Below, one piece after another: positions 20,383 to 30,367 of a stretch of 64,000 nt of DNA. Every line of letters starts with the position of its first letter. Position 1 is the first letter of the stretch. This stretch comes from Candidatus Bathyarchaeota archaeon. GTDB taxonomy: Archaea > Thermoproteota > Bathyarchaeia > TCS64. The stretch spans positions 1 to 64,000 of the forward strand of contig CAVYVF010000007.1 of NCBI GenBank assembly GCA_963771885.1, in the 5' to 3' direction. The notes under the pieces are model-generated. The model was not told the origin of the DNA. It worked only from the letters and a program-made list of their open reading frames with translations, and did no database searches. The position numbers and the translations under genes are program-made.

Positions 20383-21156
20383 CTAACCAACTCTTCTACC
20401 GAAAAAATTCGACAAAACACCGCATAAAAGCTCCGATTTACTATGAGGAAAACCATGATCACAACCCGGGGCAACAAACAACTCAGACCCCCGAATCGAC
20501 CTAAACAACTTAACCACCTCCTCAACAGGAGCTAGCACGTCCCCATCACCAACCATAATCAAAGCGGGAACAACCATGCGTCTGAAATCAGACTTTGTAT
20601 AATTCAGAGGAGTTAGCCACATGTAGCTAAGTTGCTGAAGGAGAGTTTTCCAGTACTCTGGCCCAGGCGCGTGTATACTCCTCAGCATCTTGACATAATC
20701 TGCCGGGGCATTTGCCAAGAACACTTCGGCATCAAAATCTCCTGGCCCATTGAAGCCGATATGCTTGAGTGAATCTAGATACGACGTTGTAAGCTTGTTA
20801 AAGACCCCGCCGACGGCGAGTGCGGCGAGGTGTCGCGGATAATTCATAGCCAATTCAAGGCCTATCTGACCACCATCGCTGTAGCCAAAGACGAGGGGAC
20901 TCTTGATCCCGAGAACATCTATGAATGAGGCTAGATCTTCGCTCATAGCCCGGTAGCTGAATTGCTTGTATGGATTGTCGGTTTTGCCGTGTCCCCGTAG
21001 GTCGGGTGTAATTACGCGGTATTGTTTCTGTAGTGTTGCTATTTGAGTTTGGTAGAATGTCTGTGAGACGGTTCCCCCGTGGAGCAGTATGAGTGGTTCT
21101 CCTTGTCCGTGTTCCTCGTAGTATACGTTGAGTCCGTTGGCCTTTACATATGGCAA
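20383..21156 (-). CDS. Alpha/beta hydrolase
   Basis: LLHGG, DLRGHG, GYSDGG nucleophile elbow, GDGD, H near the C-terminus. Confidence 0.9.
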   Translation of the reverse strand: MPYVKANGLNVYYEEHGQGEPLILLHGGTVSQTFYQTQIATLQKQYRVITPDLRGHGKTDNPYKQFSYRAMSEDLASFIDVLGIKSPLVFGYSDGGQIGLELAMNYPRHLAALAVGGVFNKLTTSYLDSLKHIGFNGPGDFDAEVFLANAPADYVKMLRSIHAPGPEYWKTLLQQLSYMWLTPLNYTKSDFRRMVVPALIMVGDGDVLAPVEEVVKLFRSIRGSELFVAPGCDHGFPHSKSELLCGVLSNFFGRRVG

Positions 21157-21295
21157 GAGAGTTCACTGGCTTAGAGTCAGGTGGAAGTGAGGATAAGGCT
21201 ATTGCACACACACAATATTTATTTTAAGTAATAATCTTACCTAAAATTTTATATGTATTGATTATTATATATAAATCGCTTTTGAGGGATGTGAA

Positions 21296-21850
21296 ATGTT
21301 GAAGAGAATACCCGGCTTACTAATCCTCACACTCATCATCACTCTAATCCCCTCCACGTCAGCGTATGCAAAAGACCCGACGCATAATTTACTTTATAAA
21401 AGCGAGTACGTGAGCGGGTACTGTGTGTCTGAGGGCTTTGTCTACGATTTATACATTTCAAATAGCTCCGAGAATGGACCCAGCCCCGGCAAGCCAATGG
21501 GGAGAAGCTACGTAACCTTAGCGATCTATGATAGAGAGGCGGAAGAATTCATCTATTTCGGGACGCCAGATTTAGTCGAGTTCAGGTGGAGTATGAATCA
21601 TGGCGATGCGACACTCGACGTAGAAGGCAAGCGCTTCATTGTCGAGTGGTCTGCAAAGGGAGCGACGCAGGTAACACGCGAGGAGCATACTGTCATCTAT
21701 CACGGGGTGGTTACCTGGTACGTTTCAGATTGCACGGTGAGTAAGAGCCAAGGATCATGCGCCGTGTACTATGATGGGGATGTGGCCGAAGGGTCGCTTG
21801 AATCTGCTGGGTTGTTTACAGAGCAGATCCATATGGTACCCATTCTCTGA
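21296..21850 (+). CDS. Secreted hypothetical protein
   Basis: Signal peptide MLKRIPGLLILTLIITLIPSTSAYA; beta-rich body; AT-rich promoter region upstream. Confidence 0.6.
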   Translation: MLKRIPGLLILTLIITLIPSTSAYAKDPTHNLLYKSEYVSGYCVSEGFVYDLYISNSSENGPSPGKPMGRSYVTLAIYDREAEEFIYFGTPDLVEFRWSMNHGDATLDVEGKRFIVEWSAKGATQVTREEHTVIYHGVVTWYVSDCTVSKSQGSCAVYYDGDVAEGSLESAGLFTEQIHMVPIL

Positions 21851-21931
21851 TACGCGCTGGTACTGCGCGCGCATGCCTTCACCGCCTTCGCGTGGGCCTT
21901 TCGAGTGAGCTTATACGCTCTATATGGATAT

Positions 21932-22008
21932 TGGTGGGCCGGGCCGGACTTGAACCGGCGACTTCCGCCGCGTAAGGGCGGCGTCCTACCGTGCTGGACG
22001 ACCGGCCC
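21932..22008 (-). tRNA. tRNA-Val(TAC), CCA encoded
   Basis: GGGCCGG/CCGGCCC acceptor stem, CCGCC-CT TAC GC-GGCGG anticodon arm, GGTTCAAGTCC T-loop. Confidence 0.96.
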
Positions 22009-22153
22009 CACCCTGAGAAAAGGGGCTGGCGGGTGTTTAAAACCATTAGGCTCCGAGAACTCGATTCGTTATGTCCCGGACGCGCACATTCGAATCAAGT
22101 AGATTTCTTTTTAAGAATATGTGTATGTAGCCCCGTTTGCTAGTGATCGTTTC

Positions 22154-22684
22154 TTAGAACTTTTCACCGATGACCGAGACCATCTCGCCGTGGAGGTCCT
22201 TTAGGCGCTTGATCGCCTGGTGTTCGGCACCCAATTCCTCGGAAAAGTTTGCTATCGTCGATTCTATTCCAACCTCATGCGAGCCCTCGATGAGCTTGTC
22301 TGCGTAGCATACTATTTTCTCTTCAAGTGTCTCTGGAACGTATTTACCGTGTGGGAGGTTGTTCCTACGCGCCTCATCCTGGGTGAGGCCGGCGCCAACG
22401 TGTCGTTCGATTATCTGACTGATCTCCATTGGCATTCCGAGTTTTCGGGCGATCTGGCCCCCGACAACGCCATGCTCGATGCCATGAGTTTGCCCGCGCC
22501 CTAGGTCGTGCAGTAAGGCGCCAGCCTCGACGAGCTTCATGTCGACCCTATAACCCTTCGCCTTGAATGCGTTGGCGATTCGGATCGCGACCCTAGTCAC
22601 GTTTACGCAGTGTTCAATAACGCCGTTGCTGCACCCCGTCTTCCTGAGGATCTGGATGCACTCGTCTCTCCCGGGAAGGCTCAG
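22154..22684 (-). CDS. HDIG/HD-domain protein (TIGR00295-like)
   Basis: GALLHDLGR, HG..G, ERHVGAG, EEKIVCYADK; frame extends to CTG at 22684 (LSLPGRDECIQILRKTGCSNGVIEHC), overlapping the tfe stop. Confidence 0.85.
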   Translation of the reverse strand: MSLPGRDECIQILRKTGCSNGVIEHCVNVTRVAIRIANAFKAKGYRVDMKLVEAGALLHDLGRGQTHGIEHGVVGGQIARKLGMPMEISQIIERHVGAGLTQDEARRNNLPHGKYVPETLEEKIVCYADKLIEGSHEVGIESTIANFSEELGAEHQAIKRLKDLHGEMVSVIGEKF

Positions 22685-23190
22685 TCCTCAAGCTCCTCCT
22701 TAATCTCAGCAATCTTCCTCTCGAGGAAGTCAACGATCTCGGTGTTGTCTAGCCTATGCAGAGGCTCGCCGCAGCTAGGACACCGGAACACCGTCTCCAT
22801 GGCGACCTCGAACGTGGTCTTTGGGCACGTAGGGTTACCGCAGTGATAGAATTCGTGGAGCTTCTCGAACTCGATCCGAGTCTCCAGCTTCTTGAGTATC
22901 TTCTGTTTCATCCCGTGGATATACGCCTCGACGAGCTCTGGCTGGAGGCGCCACTGGAAGATGAACCACCCCGTCTCCTTATCCCTGAATCTCTTCGAGG
23001 TGACGAGGCTGTGGTTGTAGAACTTGTATAAGAGCTTGCGGACGTCGTTTATCTGAATGTTCGTGGCAGCACTGATGTCCTCAACGGTTATGTCCTGTTT
23101 GTCCTTGAGGACCTTGATGACTTCTATGCCCTGCTTGCCGCCGAGGACGTTGGCGATGCTGTACAGGGTTTCTTCACTCACGGTCATCAA
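22681..23190 (-). CDS. tfe: Transcription factor E (TFEalpha)
   Basis: wHTH NDVRKLLYK, RDKETGWFIFQW, zinc ribbon FRCPSCG. Confidence 0.95.
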   Translation of the reverse strand: MMTVSEETLYSIANVLGGKQGIEVIKVLKDKQDITVEDISAATNIQINDVRKLLYKFYNHSLVTSKRFRDKETGWFIFQWRLQPELVEAYIHGMKQKILKKLETRIEFEKLHEFYHCGNPTCPKTTFEVAMETVFRCPSCGEPLHRLDNTEIVDFLERKIAEIKEELED

Positions 23191-23236
23191 GGGCAGTAAT
23201 TCTCCGTAATATAATGGGTCTTGAACCTCTTAAACC

Positions 23237-23773
23237 TTAGACCCGCTCCGGGTGTATCTCTAGCTTTTTACCCCTTGCCTGAGGTATCGTTTTAATACGG
23301 GATCCTGAGAACTCGAGGTCCAGCTCCTTTCCCTCGTAAAGTTCATGCAGGAAAAGGGCGAGGGCACTTACCTCACTGTGGGGTTGCCCCGTCACGGAGA
23401 TGTTCCAGTGAGCAGCACCGTAGACCTCACCGGGCACCTTGGCACCTCCAACTACTACGAGCTTTGGTGAGGGGTCATCCCGAATTTCCTTGGTTGCTTC
23501 TTGGAAAGGCACACCATACATTGTGAGGTGGACGATTTTTCCCTCCCATTTCTCGAAGACGCTCCTCCAGCTCTCGGCGTATTCTAGGGTGAAGTCGCCG
23601 CCCCAGTCGGTTACGACCTTCCTAATCGACTCCTCAATGGAGTCATCCTGCTCCCCTGTGTAGAATGCCTTGGTTGCTCCGAAAGCACGGGCCGCTAGTA
23701 GGAGATGGGTGGAGACCCTCTTATCCCTAGACGGCCTGTGGCTAAGCCTAAGGACCGCAACCCGTTGATCCAT
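23237..23773 (-). CDS. trm56: tRNA (cytidine(56)-2'-O)-methyltransferase
   Basis: LRLSHRPSRDKRVSTH, VHLTMYG, VGGAKVP, QPHSEVSAL. Confidence 0.93.
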   Translation of the reverse strand: MDQRVAVLRLSHRPSRDKRVSTHLLLAARAFGATKAFYTGEQDDSIEESIRKVVTDWGGDFTLEYAESWRSVFEKWEGKIVHLTMYGVPFQEATKEIRDDPSPKLVVVGGAKVPGEVYGAAHWNISVTGQPHSEVSALALFLHELYEGKELDLEFSGSRIKTIPQARGKKLEIHPERV

Positions 23774-23876
23774 CTTCTCCACTATGCCCACGTCCCACAT
23801 TATGGGAAGGAGACCCGATAAAAGTGTTGAGCCTGCACCATTTTATAGCCGTGCCTCGTATAGTCTCTAGACTCCG

Positions 23877-24479
23877 TTGGCTGAACAGGTCGAGCAGGTC
23901 GAGGCGCTGCCCCTCATGGCGAAGAGGAAGGGTCTCGGCATAATCATCCCCGCGATAAATCTCCCCTTCTTCGCCTTCAACGCATACAGAGTCGTTACAC
24001 TGTACCTCGCCGGCGTTCCCCTCAACTCGGAAGATTTCTACAGCAGCGCAATGCTGACCGTGGCGACTTTTGTCCTTGCTATTATGCTTCCCCGATGGGT
24101 CCCCGTCTACACAAGCAAATACGTGCTGGAGGAGAGGGGATTCAAGATGAGTCGCTTCCTGAATGCCAGCGTTACCTTACCCTACACGGATCTCGCGCGC
24201 GCTGAGGTCTACATCAGAGAGCCCGGCGAGATACCTGAGGACGCCATAGAGTACACGAAGACAAGCGCCGAGAAGCTCCGGAAGACTGGCTTCAGCTTTG
24301 TCGACTTTACGAATTCGGAGTCGAATATCGTCCTCCTCATGTCGGGGAGGAAAATCTACATGATCTCCCCCGCTAAGCCCCGCGCCTTTTTAAAGAGCCT
24401 AAAGAAGAGGGCGCCGAAGCTCACTGCGAAGATCGTTGAGTTGAATGCGAAGGGTAAGACGATACAGGAGTTAAACTGA
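23877..24479 (+). CDS. Membrane protein, two TM helices plus PH-like domain
   Basis: Two hydrophobic segments then a YMISPAKPRAFL motif. Confidence 0.6.
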   Translation: MAEQVEQVEALPLMAKRKGLGIIIPAINLPFFAFNAYRVVTLYLAGVPLNSEDFYSSAMLTVATFVLAIMLPRWVPVYTSKYVLEERGFKMSRFLNASVTLPYTDLARAEVYIREPGEIPEDAIEYTKTSAEKLRKTGFSFVDFTNSESNIVLLMSGRKIYMISPAKPRAFLKSLKKRAPKLTAKIVELNAKGKTIQELN

Positions 24480-24480
24480 T

Positions 24481-24927
24481 GTGCCCCCGATCAAGGGGGA
24501 TATGAGGCGTATTCTCGCCGAGACCATCGTGAAGCAGCACAGGGACGACTATTCGATAGTCTTCATCGAGCCCAGCGACGGAGAGAAGGCGAGGACTCTG
24601 CTCAGGGACATCCGCCCCTGGTCGTCAATAACGTATACGGGTGAGGAGGTATCCGTCGTACTCCCCTCATCCGACTGGGAAAAATTCAAGGCACACTTCC
24701 CCGGGCACAAGGAGGAGGGGCCATATACACTCATCACCTTCGATATCGTTCTCGACCTCTCGATTGTGGGCTTCCTTTCAGTTGTGTCGACCGCCTTGGC
24801 GGATGCGGGGATCAGCATCTACGCCATCTCGACCTATATGAAGGACCACATACTCGTGAAAAAGGCAGATGCGGCGAGGGCTGTCATCGTGCTCGATTGC
24901 CTCATCGCAGAAGCAAGACTCGGATAA
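24481..24927 (+). CDS. ACT-domain protein (CASTOR/ACT_7-like)
   Basis: EEVSVV, LDLSIVGFLS.VS.ALADAGISIYAISTY..DHILV. Confidence 0.85.
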   Translation: MPPIKGDMRRILAETIVKQHRDDYSIVFIEPSDGEKARTLLRDIRPWSSITYTGEEVSVVLPSSDWEKFKAHFPGHKEEGPYTLITFDIVLDLSIVGFLSVVSTALADAGISIYAISTYMKDHILVKKADAARAVIVLDCLIAEARLG

Positions 24928-24976
24928 CCACTATCGTGGTAGTAACTTTAATAATGGTACGCTCCGTGATGGGGGC

Positions 24977-25564
24977 GTGACAATCAAGGCATCAACTTCA
25001 AAGGGGCTAAGCATCATCGCCGTCCTTTCCGCACTCGGCAACGTACTCTCATTCATATCTTTACAATTAAGCCCAATTGTTCCCTCGATCCCTCTTGGGC
25101 CAGTTAGTTTCTCACTTGCCCTCGACCTTTCCCACCTCGCCACATTCACAGCAGCTTTTCTTGGCGGCCCCATATTAGGTGGGTTGACTGGCGCTGTCGG
25201 AGGGCTTGTCGCGGCGTTCCAGTTCGGCTTCTCGCAGGGCAACATAGTCACAGGCATCGGCCTCCCACTAGGGAAGGCGATGACGGGAATATTGGCTGGA
25301 CTACTCTTCAAACGTCTCTCCGCAGTAGACTGGCGGACCATTGTGGTCACTGTGACGAGCTACATACCTGAAGCTATTTTCACAGCTATACTATTCGTAT
25401 ACCTCTACCCCATCCTCTACGGCTTACCAACTGCTGTGGCGCAACTCATCGCTACACAGGTCGTCGTCAAGGCGTTCGTCGAGATGATTATACTAGGAAT
25501 AGTTCTCTCCTTAATGTTGAATAATAATGGTTTCAAGAGTATTACTCGTACGCTGTTTTCATAA
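24977..25564 (+). CDS. ECF transporter S-component-like membrane protein
   Basis: LDLSHL...GGPILGGLTG; about six TM helices; GTG start inferred. Confidence 0.7.
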   Translation: MTIKASTSKGLSIIAVLSALGNVLSFISLQLSPIVPSIPLGPVSFSLALDLSHLATFTAAFLGGPILGGLTGAVGGLVAAFQFGFSQGNIVTGIGLPLGKAMTGILAGLLFKRLSAVDWRTIVVTVTSYIPEAIFTAILFVYLYPILYGLPTAVAQLIATQVVVKAFVEMIILGIVLSLMLNNNGFKSITRTLFS

Positions 25565-25936
25565 CTTTTCTCAATCTGTGAGTCGGCGCATTTATTACTT
25601 TGATTAAAAATCTAGTTTTATTATTTTTACGCGTAGAAATAATTATTGGAGTGGTTAAAAGTGAGAATTTCTTAGTATGATGATGTGTCGTCAAGTATCG
25701 ATTACTTAGCACAACCGCGAAACTGCTGTCTACTCAATTATACCTTAATATGCCTAATTATTTTTTATAATATAAATTTTTTAATCGAAGCCGTTAAAAA
25801 TCTAGGGATAAAATCTAGTTGGATTTGAGTTGATTGGAGGGTATGTATGTATAAATCGTCGACACCCATACCCCCTTAACCATTTCCTTCAAGATATTAC
25901 CACGTACCTCAACGAACTCGTATCGGTGATTAGCGC

Positions 25937-28204
25937 TTGATTAGTGTTCTTCATGTCGAGCCAGATGCGAGTTTTCGAGATCTTGTAAAGATAAAGCTTG
26001 AAGAGACTGATCATAACTTTCGCGTTGAGTCCGTTGCAGGAACAGTCGATGCCCTTACGAAAAGTGCAAGTAATAAAAATGATGTCGTTTTAATTGGTCA
26101 CTCATCGAACCTAAATGCGCTCGATTTAGCGAAGAGTGTCAAGTCAATATCTAGAGCTAAGATAATAGTATACACAATCGAGTCGAATGAGAGCATATCA
26201 AATCAAGTGCTTGACGTTGGAGCGGATGCCTATCTTATATTAGAAAGGCATCTTGAACAGCCCAACGTTCTTGTGAGAAGAATAAAAACAGTTTTAGAAA
26301 AAACATATAGTAAAGACCTCGCTTATACCGTCTTGGATTCTGGAATATGCGCTGTTGCGGTCCAAAAGAGAGGTATGATAATCTATCATAATGCGCCATT
26401 CGATACTCTGGTTTCGGGTACCGAAAGCATGATCTCTGGGAGAAACCTTACCAATTTTATTTCTGGGGTAGAGGGACAAGCACTTCTAGAGAAAGGCGGC
26501 GAGGGGCCTATTGAAATCTCGAAAATAACCGGAGACAAAATTGTTTGCTGGGCGAAGATAAGTAACTCACAATTATTAGGTGAGGCTGTGACTATCGTAA
26601 ACATCGAAAAGTCACACATGAAAAGTCTCTACGAACGTCAATTCAATTATTTCCGTGAATATGGCCCGAAAATACTCAAATCTCAGACTTTAACAGATCT
26701 GGCTAAGAACAGTATTGAAGCTTTCGAAGGAATTATCGAATCCGAAGTCACAAGTTTCATGATCGTAGAAGGTGAGGAGCTTGTATGTGTAGAGCGACAC
26801 TGGAAAGCTACAAGCGTCAGGTTGCCGTTGATTGATGACAATTATCTGACAAGGTCAGTCAGAGAGGGATTGTCAATCAACCTCAATGACCCATCAAAGG
26901 ATAGAACTCCCTTTCTCGATATTTCTCCTAACTCAGTTCTTATAGTTCCAGTAAAAGACGGAGACCTCGTAAAAGCGGTTCTTGAATTTCGATCAAGTAA
27001 AGCCAACGCCTTCAGTGATGTAGACATCAACGTTATCGAGAACCTTTGCATTTTTGTGGGATGCACCTTCAAATTATTTTCGGAATATAAGGCACGATAC
27101 AAAAGCGAGTCGCAATACCAGGGAGTCCTCAATTCCTTATCTGAGCTGGTCCTCATCACCGTTGGCTCTCAGGTCTCATACATAAACTGGATAGGCGCTA
27201 AACTATTGGGTTACAAAGACCCCAGCGATCTTGTGGGTATTGACCTCTTTAATTGTATAGCGCCAGAATACTTGGAGGAAATTAAGAGCCGGATCGAGAA
27301 ACTTCCCATCGAAGGTGTTACAGAGAATTACGAGATAAAGCTAGTGAAAAAGGATGGCTCGACTATACTCATCGAGGTAAATTCCTCCAAAATTGCCTTC
27401 AATGGAAAAGACGGCTTCCTCCTAGTGGGTAAGGATGTATCAAGTTTAAAGGAAATGCAGGAGCATCTCAAGAATTATACAAACGACCTCGAAAAACAGA
27501 TAGAGAAAAGGACTCAGGAACTCCTTGAGATGCAGCAGTTTGCTTCTGCAGGAAAGATCGCAAGTATGGTAGGTCACGACCTACGCAGTCCCCTCCAATC
27601 GATTAGAAATGCCACCTACCTTTTGCGGAAACAGCCAGAACGGTCCGAGGAAATATTAAAATCGGTTGATCTATCCGTCGATCGTGCCCTTTCAATGCTT
27701 GAAGAACTAAGGTACAAAACTCGCGAGACACCACTAATAATTAAGGCTACTGACCTACACGATTTAATCGTAGATATTTTACAAGATATCCCTATTCCGG
27801 GATCCGTAAAAGTCAATGTACGACTTGACTCCGAGTTAAAGGAAGTCGAAATCGATTCATTGAAAATAAGAAGAGTGATTGATAATCTCGTTAGAAATGC
27901 AATAGAAGCTATGCCTACCGGAGGAATGCTTACAATTGAGACGCAGAGTAAAGGGGAGGCATACGCTGTAATAATCACCGATACGGGTGTAGGAATACCT
28001 GAGGTTAACCTTCCTAGTCTCTTCAAACCTTTCTATACTACAAAAGAAAAGGGGCTTGGCCTGGGTCTCGCTTATAGTCTGAAGACAGTTGAAGCACATG
28101 GAGGCATTATTGAGGTCGATTCAAAAGTCGGTAAAGGTACAGAATTCAGGATACTACTCAATAAACATCCAATTGTAAAAACAGCGGAGGAGAAGAAAAA
28201 GTGA
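25937..28204 (+). CDS. Hybrid sensor histidine kinase: REC(degenerate)-PAS-GAF-PAS-HisKA-HATPase
   Basis: MVGHDLRSPL H-box, NLVRNAIEAM N-box, DTGVG, FYTTK, GLGLGL; AT-rich. Confidence 0.92.
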   Translation: MISVLHVEPDASFRDLVKIKLEETDHNFRVESVAGTVDALTKSASNKNDVVLIGHSSNLNALDLAKSVKSISRAKIIVYTIESNESISNQVLDVGADAYLILERHLEQPNVLVRRIKTVLEKTYSKDLAYTVLDSGICAVAVQKRGMIIYHNAPFDTLVSGTESMISGRNLTNFISGVEGQALLEKGGEGPIEISKITGDKIVCWAKISNSQLLGEAVTIVNIEKSHMKSLYERQFNYFREYGPKILKSQTLTDLAKNSIEAFEGIIESEVTSFMIVEGEELVCVERHWKATSVRLPLIDDNYLTRSVREGLSINLNDPSKDRTPFLDISPNSVLIVPVKDGDLVKAVLEFRSSKANAFSDVDINVIENLCIFVGCTFKLFSEYKARYKSESQYQGVLNSLSELVLITVGSQVSYINWIGAKLLGYKDPSDLVGIDLFNCIAPEYLEEIKSRIEKLPIEGVTENYEIKLVKKDGSTILIEVNSSKIAFNGKDGFLLVGKDVSSLKEMQEHLKNYTNDLEKQIEKRTQELLEMQQFASAGKIASMVGHDLRSPLQSIRNATYLLRKQPERSEEILKSVDLSVDRALSMLEELRYKTRETPLIIKATDLHDLIVDILQDIPIPGSVKVNVRLDSELKEVEIDSLKIRRVIDNLVRNAIEAMPTGGMLTIETQSKGEAYAVIITDTGVGIPEVNLPSLFKPFYTTKEKGLGLGLAYSLKTVEAHGGIIEVDSKVGKGTEFRILLNKHPIVKTAEEKKK

Positions 28205-28256
28205 GTCAAATACGAGATAACGATGCTCATAAAAACGTCCTTATCAAAAAAGATCC

Positions 28257-28688
28257 ATGGTTAAGATATGTAATTCTAATGAAAATTATCCTCTACATGT
28301 TCTCCATGTCGACGATGACCTGAACCAACTTTATTTCACTAAACTATTCCTCGAGGAGTTTGACTCAAGATTATCCGTTGTATCAATAATTAACCCACTA
28401 TTGGCGATTAAGGTTCTTTTAGAAAAAAAATATGATTGCCTTGTCTCTGATTATCAGATGGATGAAATGAACGGCGTTGATCTGACGCGTAGGGTACGTA
28501 CGGCGAGTGACGTGCCTATCATCATCTACACTGGTCGCGGCAGTGAGGAGGTGGAGGAGGTCGCCCGGGCTGCCGGAGCAGACGGGTACGTACAGAAGGA
28601 GACCGATCCCACTCATTACAGGGGTCTTTACACTCAGATATGTGGCGTTGTAAGCAAGAAAATGAATGGGATAATTAAATACAAATAG
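28257..28688 (+). CDS. Stand-alone response regulator receiver protein
   Basis: HVDDD, SDYQM..MNG, YTGRG, YVQK. Confidence 0.9.
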   Translation: MVKICNSNENYPLHVLHVDDDLNQLYFTKLFLEEFDSRLSVVSIINPLLAIKVLLEKKYDCLVSDYQMDEMNGVDLTRRVRTASDVPIIIYTGRGSEEVEEVARAAGADGYVQKETDPTHYRGLYTQICGVVSKKMNGIIKYK

Positions 28689-28967
28689 GATTATCCTTAA
28701 TTAATGAGATGATATTTCCTATTTAGATTTGTCTAAGATATTTTGGAATATCCCAAACTCACATTCACTCGCTATGATGGATACCTCTGATATCCTAGGA
28801 TGCCATCGATTTTTTCGTGCAATCTTCAAGGTTCCCATATGACTCTCAACTAGTTTGAGGCATCCATGGTTTACAGGTTGCCGGTCTTTGGCGGTGACGA
28901 TGAAGGCGCTTGTGTGAATGCCTGTGAAGGTGATGATGCCGTTGGGGGCTGTTGTTCCCAGAAGTAA

Positions 28968-29054
28968 TGGCGCCGGGGAAGGGATTCGAACCCTTGGGAT
29001 CGTGAGATCACCAGTTTTCAAGACTGGCGCCGTAGTCCGCTTGGCTACCCCGGC
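28968..29054 (-). tRNA. tRNA-Ser(TGA), CCA encoded
   Basis: GCCGGGG/CCCCGGC stem, CCAGT-CT TGA AA-ACTGG arm, long variable arm, G73. Confidence 0.96.
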
Positions 29055-29097
29055 TCCCGCTACAAAAGGCGGAATCGACTGTAAAACCTTATCGGAG

Positions 29098-29547
29098 CTA
29101 CTCGGCCTCTAGGATGCCGTCGATGCTGACCTGCTTGCTCAGATTAGTCACCCGTATGCAGACGCGTGGCTCGTCGCGGCGTATATACTTCTTCTGCGCG
29201 TTCTTCGCGACGACGAATCTGTCGTCCTCATAGGCTATCTCATTCATTGCGTCGAGCACCGCCTTTTCGAGGTTGTCGAGGTCGGGCGTCGTGGGCACCC
29301 AGACATCCTTGCGCCGCGACTGTGGGCGCTCCATATAGAATATCATCGACACCTGTATAGGCCCAGTAAGGGGGCGCTCAAAGTGCTTTCTCGCCTCCTC
29401 TTTCACTGTCTTCTCCCATACGGCGACCTTCTTCGGGGTGAAGCTCCATGTCCTCCCGCCCTTGCGCACTGTGCGGGCGCGCGCTTTCGGCACGGGTTGT
29501 CCTTTCACCTCGAAGTAGACGTGCTGCATGCAGGAAGATGTGGGCAA
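29098..29547 (-). CDS. rusA: RusA-family Holliday junction resolvase
   Basis: GQPVPKARAR, PDLDNLEKAVLDAMN..AYEDD. Confidence 0.88.
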   Translation of the reverse strand: MPTSSCMQHVYFEVKGQPVPKARARTVRKGGRTWSFTPKKVAVWEKTVKEEARKHFERPLTGPIQVSMIFYMERPQSRRKDVWVPTTPDLDNLEKAVLDAMNEIAYEDDRFVVAKNAQKKYIRRDEPRVCIRVTNLSKQVSIDGILEAE

Positions 29548-29620
29548 CGGGTAGATGTGCCTTACCCCAACGCGTGGAAGATCGAGTACAGGATATGATC
29601 CCCGTGAGACTAGTGAAACC

Positions 29621-30364
29621 TCAGAGTCCGAATAGGGCTTCAGCGTTCCTCGCCGTCGTCGCCTCTACGTCCTCCCGCGGCAGTCCCTTGAGTTCGGCGA
29701 GATGATCGATGGTCAGCCTGATATCCACCGGCTCGGAGGGTCTTGTTAAGCTCTTTATCCAGACCGGCGAATCCGTCTCGACGAGTATCCTCTCAAGCGG
29801 CGCCCGTTCCATCGCTGCACGTAGTTCGGGGCTCCCTTCCAGTGCGGGCGTGCATGAGACGTAGTAGCCGGTGTCGATGACGGCGTCGAGCACGTCGAGT
29901 GGGCCGCTATACCAGTGAAAGACGCCGCAGCCTGGGCCATGTTCCGAGGCTAGGACGAGGCAGTCCCGCCATGCCCCCCTGCTATGTATCGAGACAGGCA
30001 GGTCTAACTCCTTCGCCGCCGCCAACTGGGCGACGTAGAACCCCGTCTGCCTCTCCCTCTGCGCCACGTCCTTCCGAACGAGCTTGTGCCAATAGTCGAG
30101 GCCAATCTCTCCGACGGCGACGCAGCGAGCCCGGTTCGCCCTTATCAGCTCTAGTGCCGTGTCGAGGTTCTCGTTGAAGAACTCGGTAGGGTGGACGCCG
30201 AGTGCGGCGTAGACGAAGCCCGGGTGCTGGTCCTGGAGCCTGAGCGTTCCCCCGCACGTGGTGACGGTCGCGCTCACGGCGATTATGCCCTTAAGCCCGG
30301 CGGCCTTCGCTCTTTCGACTGCGCCCTCAGGCAAGTCGGCGAGGTGAGCATGCGTGTCGTACAA
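29621..30364 (-). CDS. tatD: TatD-family hydrolase
   Basis: DTHAHL, GVHP, GEIGLDY, IHSR, FHWY, ETDSP. Confidence 0.92.
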   Translation of the reverse strand: MYDTHAHLADLPEGAVERAKAAGLKGIIAVSATVTTCGGTLRLQDQHPGFVYAALGVHPTEFFNENLDTALELIRANRARCVAVGEIGLDYWHKLVRKDVAQRERQTGFYVAQLAAAKELDLPVSIHSRGAWRDCLVLASEHGPGCGVFHWYSGPLDVLDAVIDTGYYVSCTPALEGSPELRAAMERAPLERILVETDSPVWIKSLTRPSEPVDIRLTIDHLAELKGLPREDVEATTARNAEALFGL

Positions 30365-30367
30365 GCG

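Larger units (their letters stand above)
16800..21931. mobile_element. Accessory/variable tract at the 3' side of tRNA-Val (possible decayed integrated element)
   Basis: Visibly AT-richer, low coding density, broken HTH gene, motif array; no integrase or att duplication found; boundaries approximate. Confidence 0.45.

Noticed and set aside
28719..29021. 100-aa ORF overlapping tRNA-Ser (similarly 21769..22011 and 53737..53931)
   Set aside because: These overlap tRNA genes and show no protein features.
28968..29054. Selenocysteine or opal-suppressor tRNA
   Set aside because: The anticodon is TGA (reads UCA, Ser), not TCA; normal 7-bp acceptor stem.
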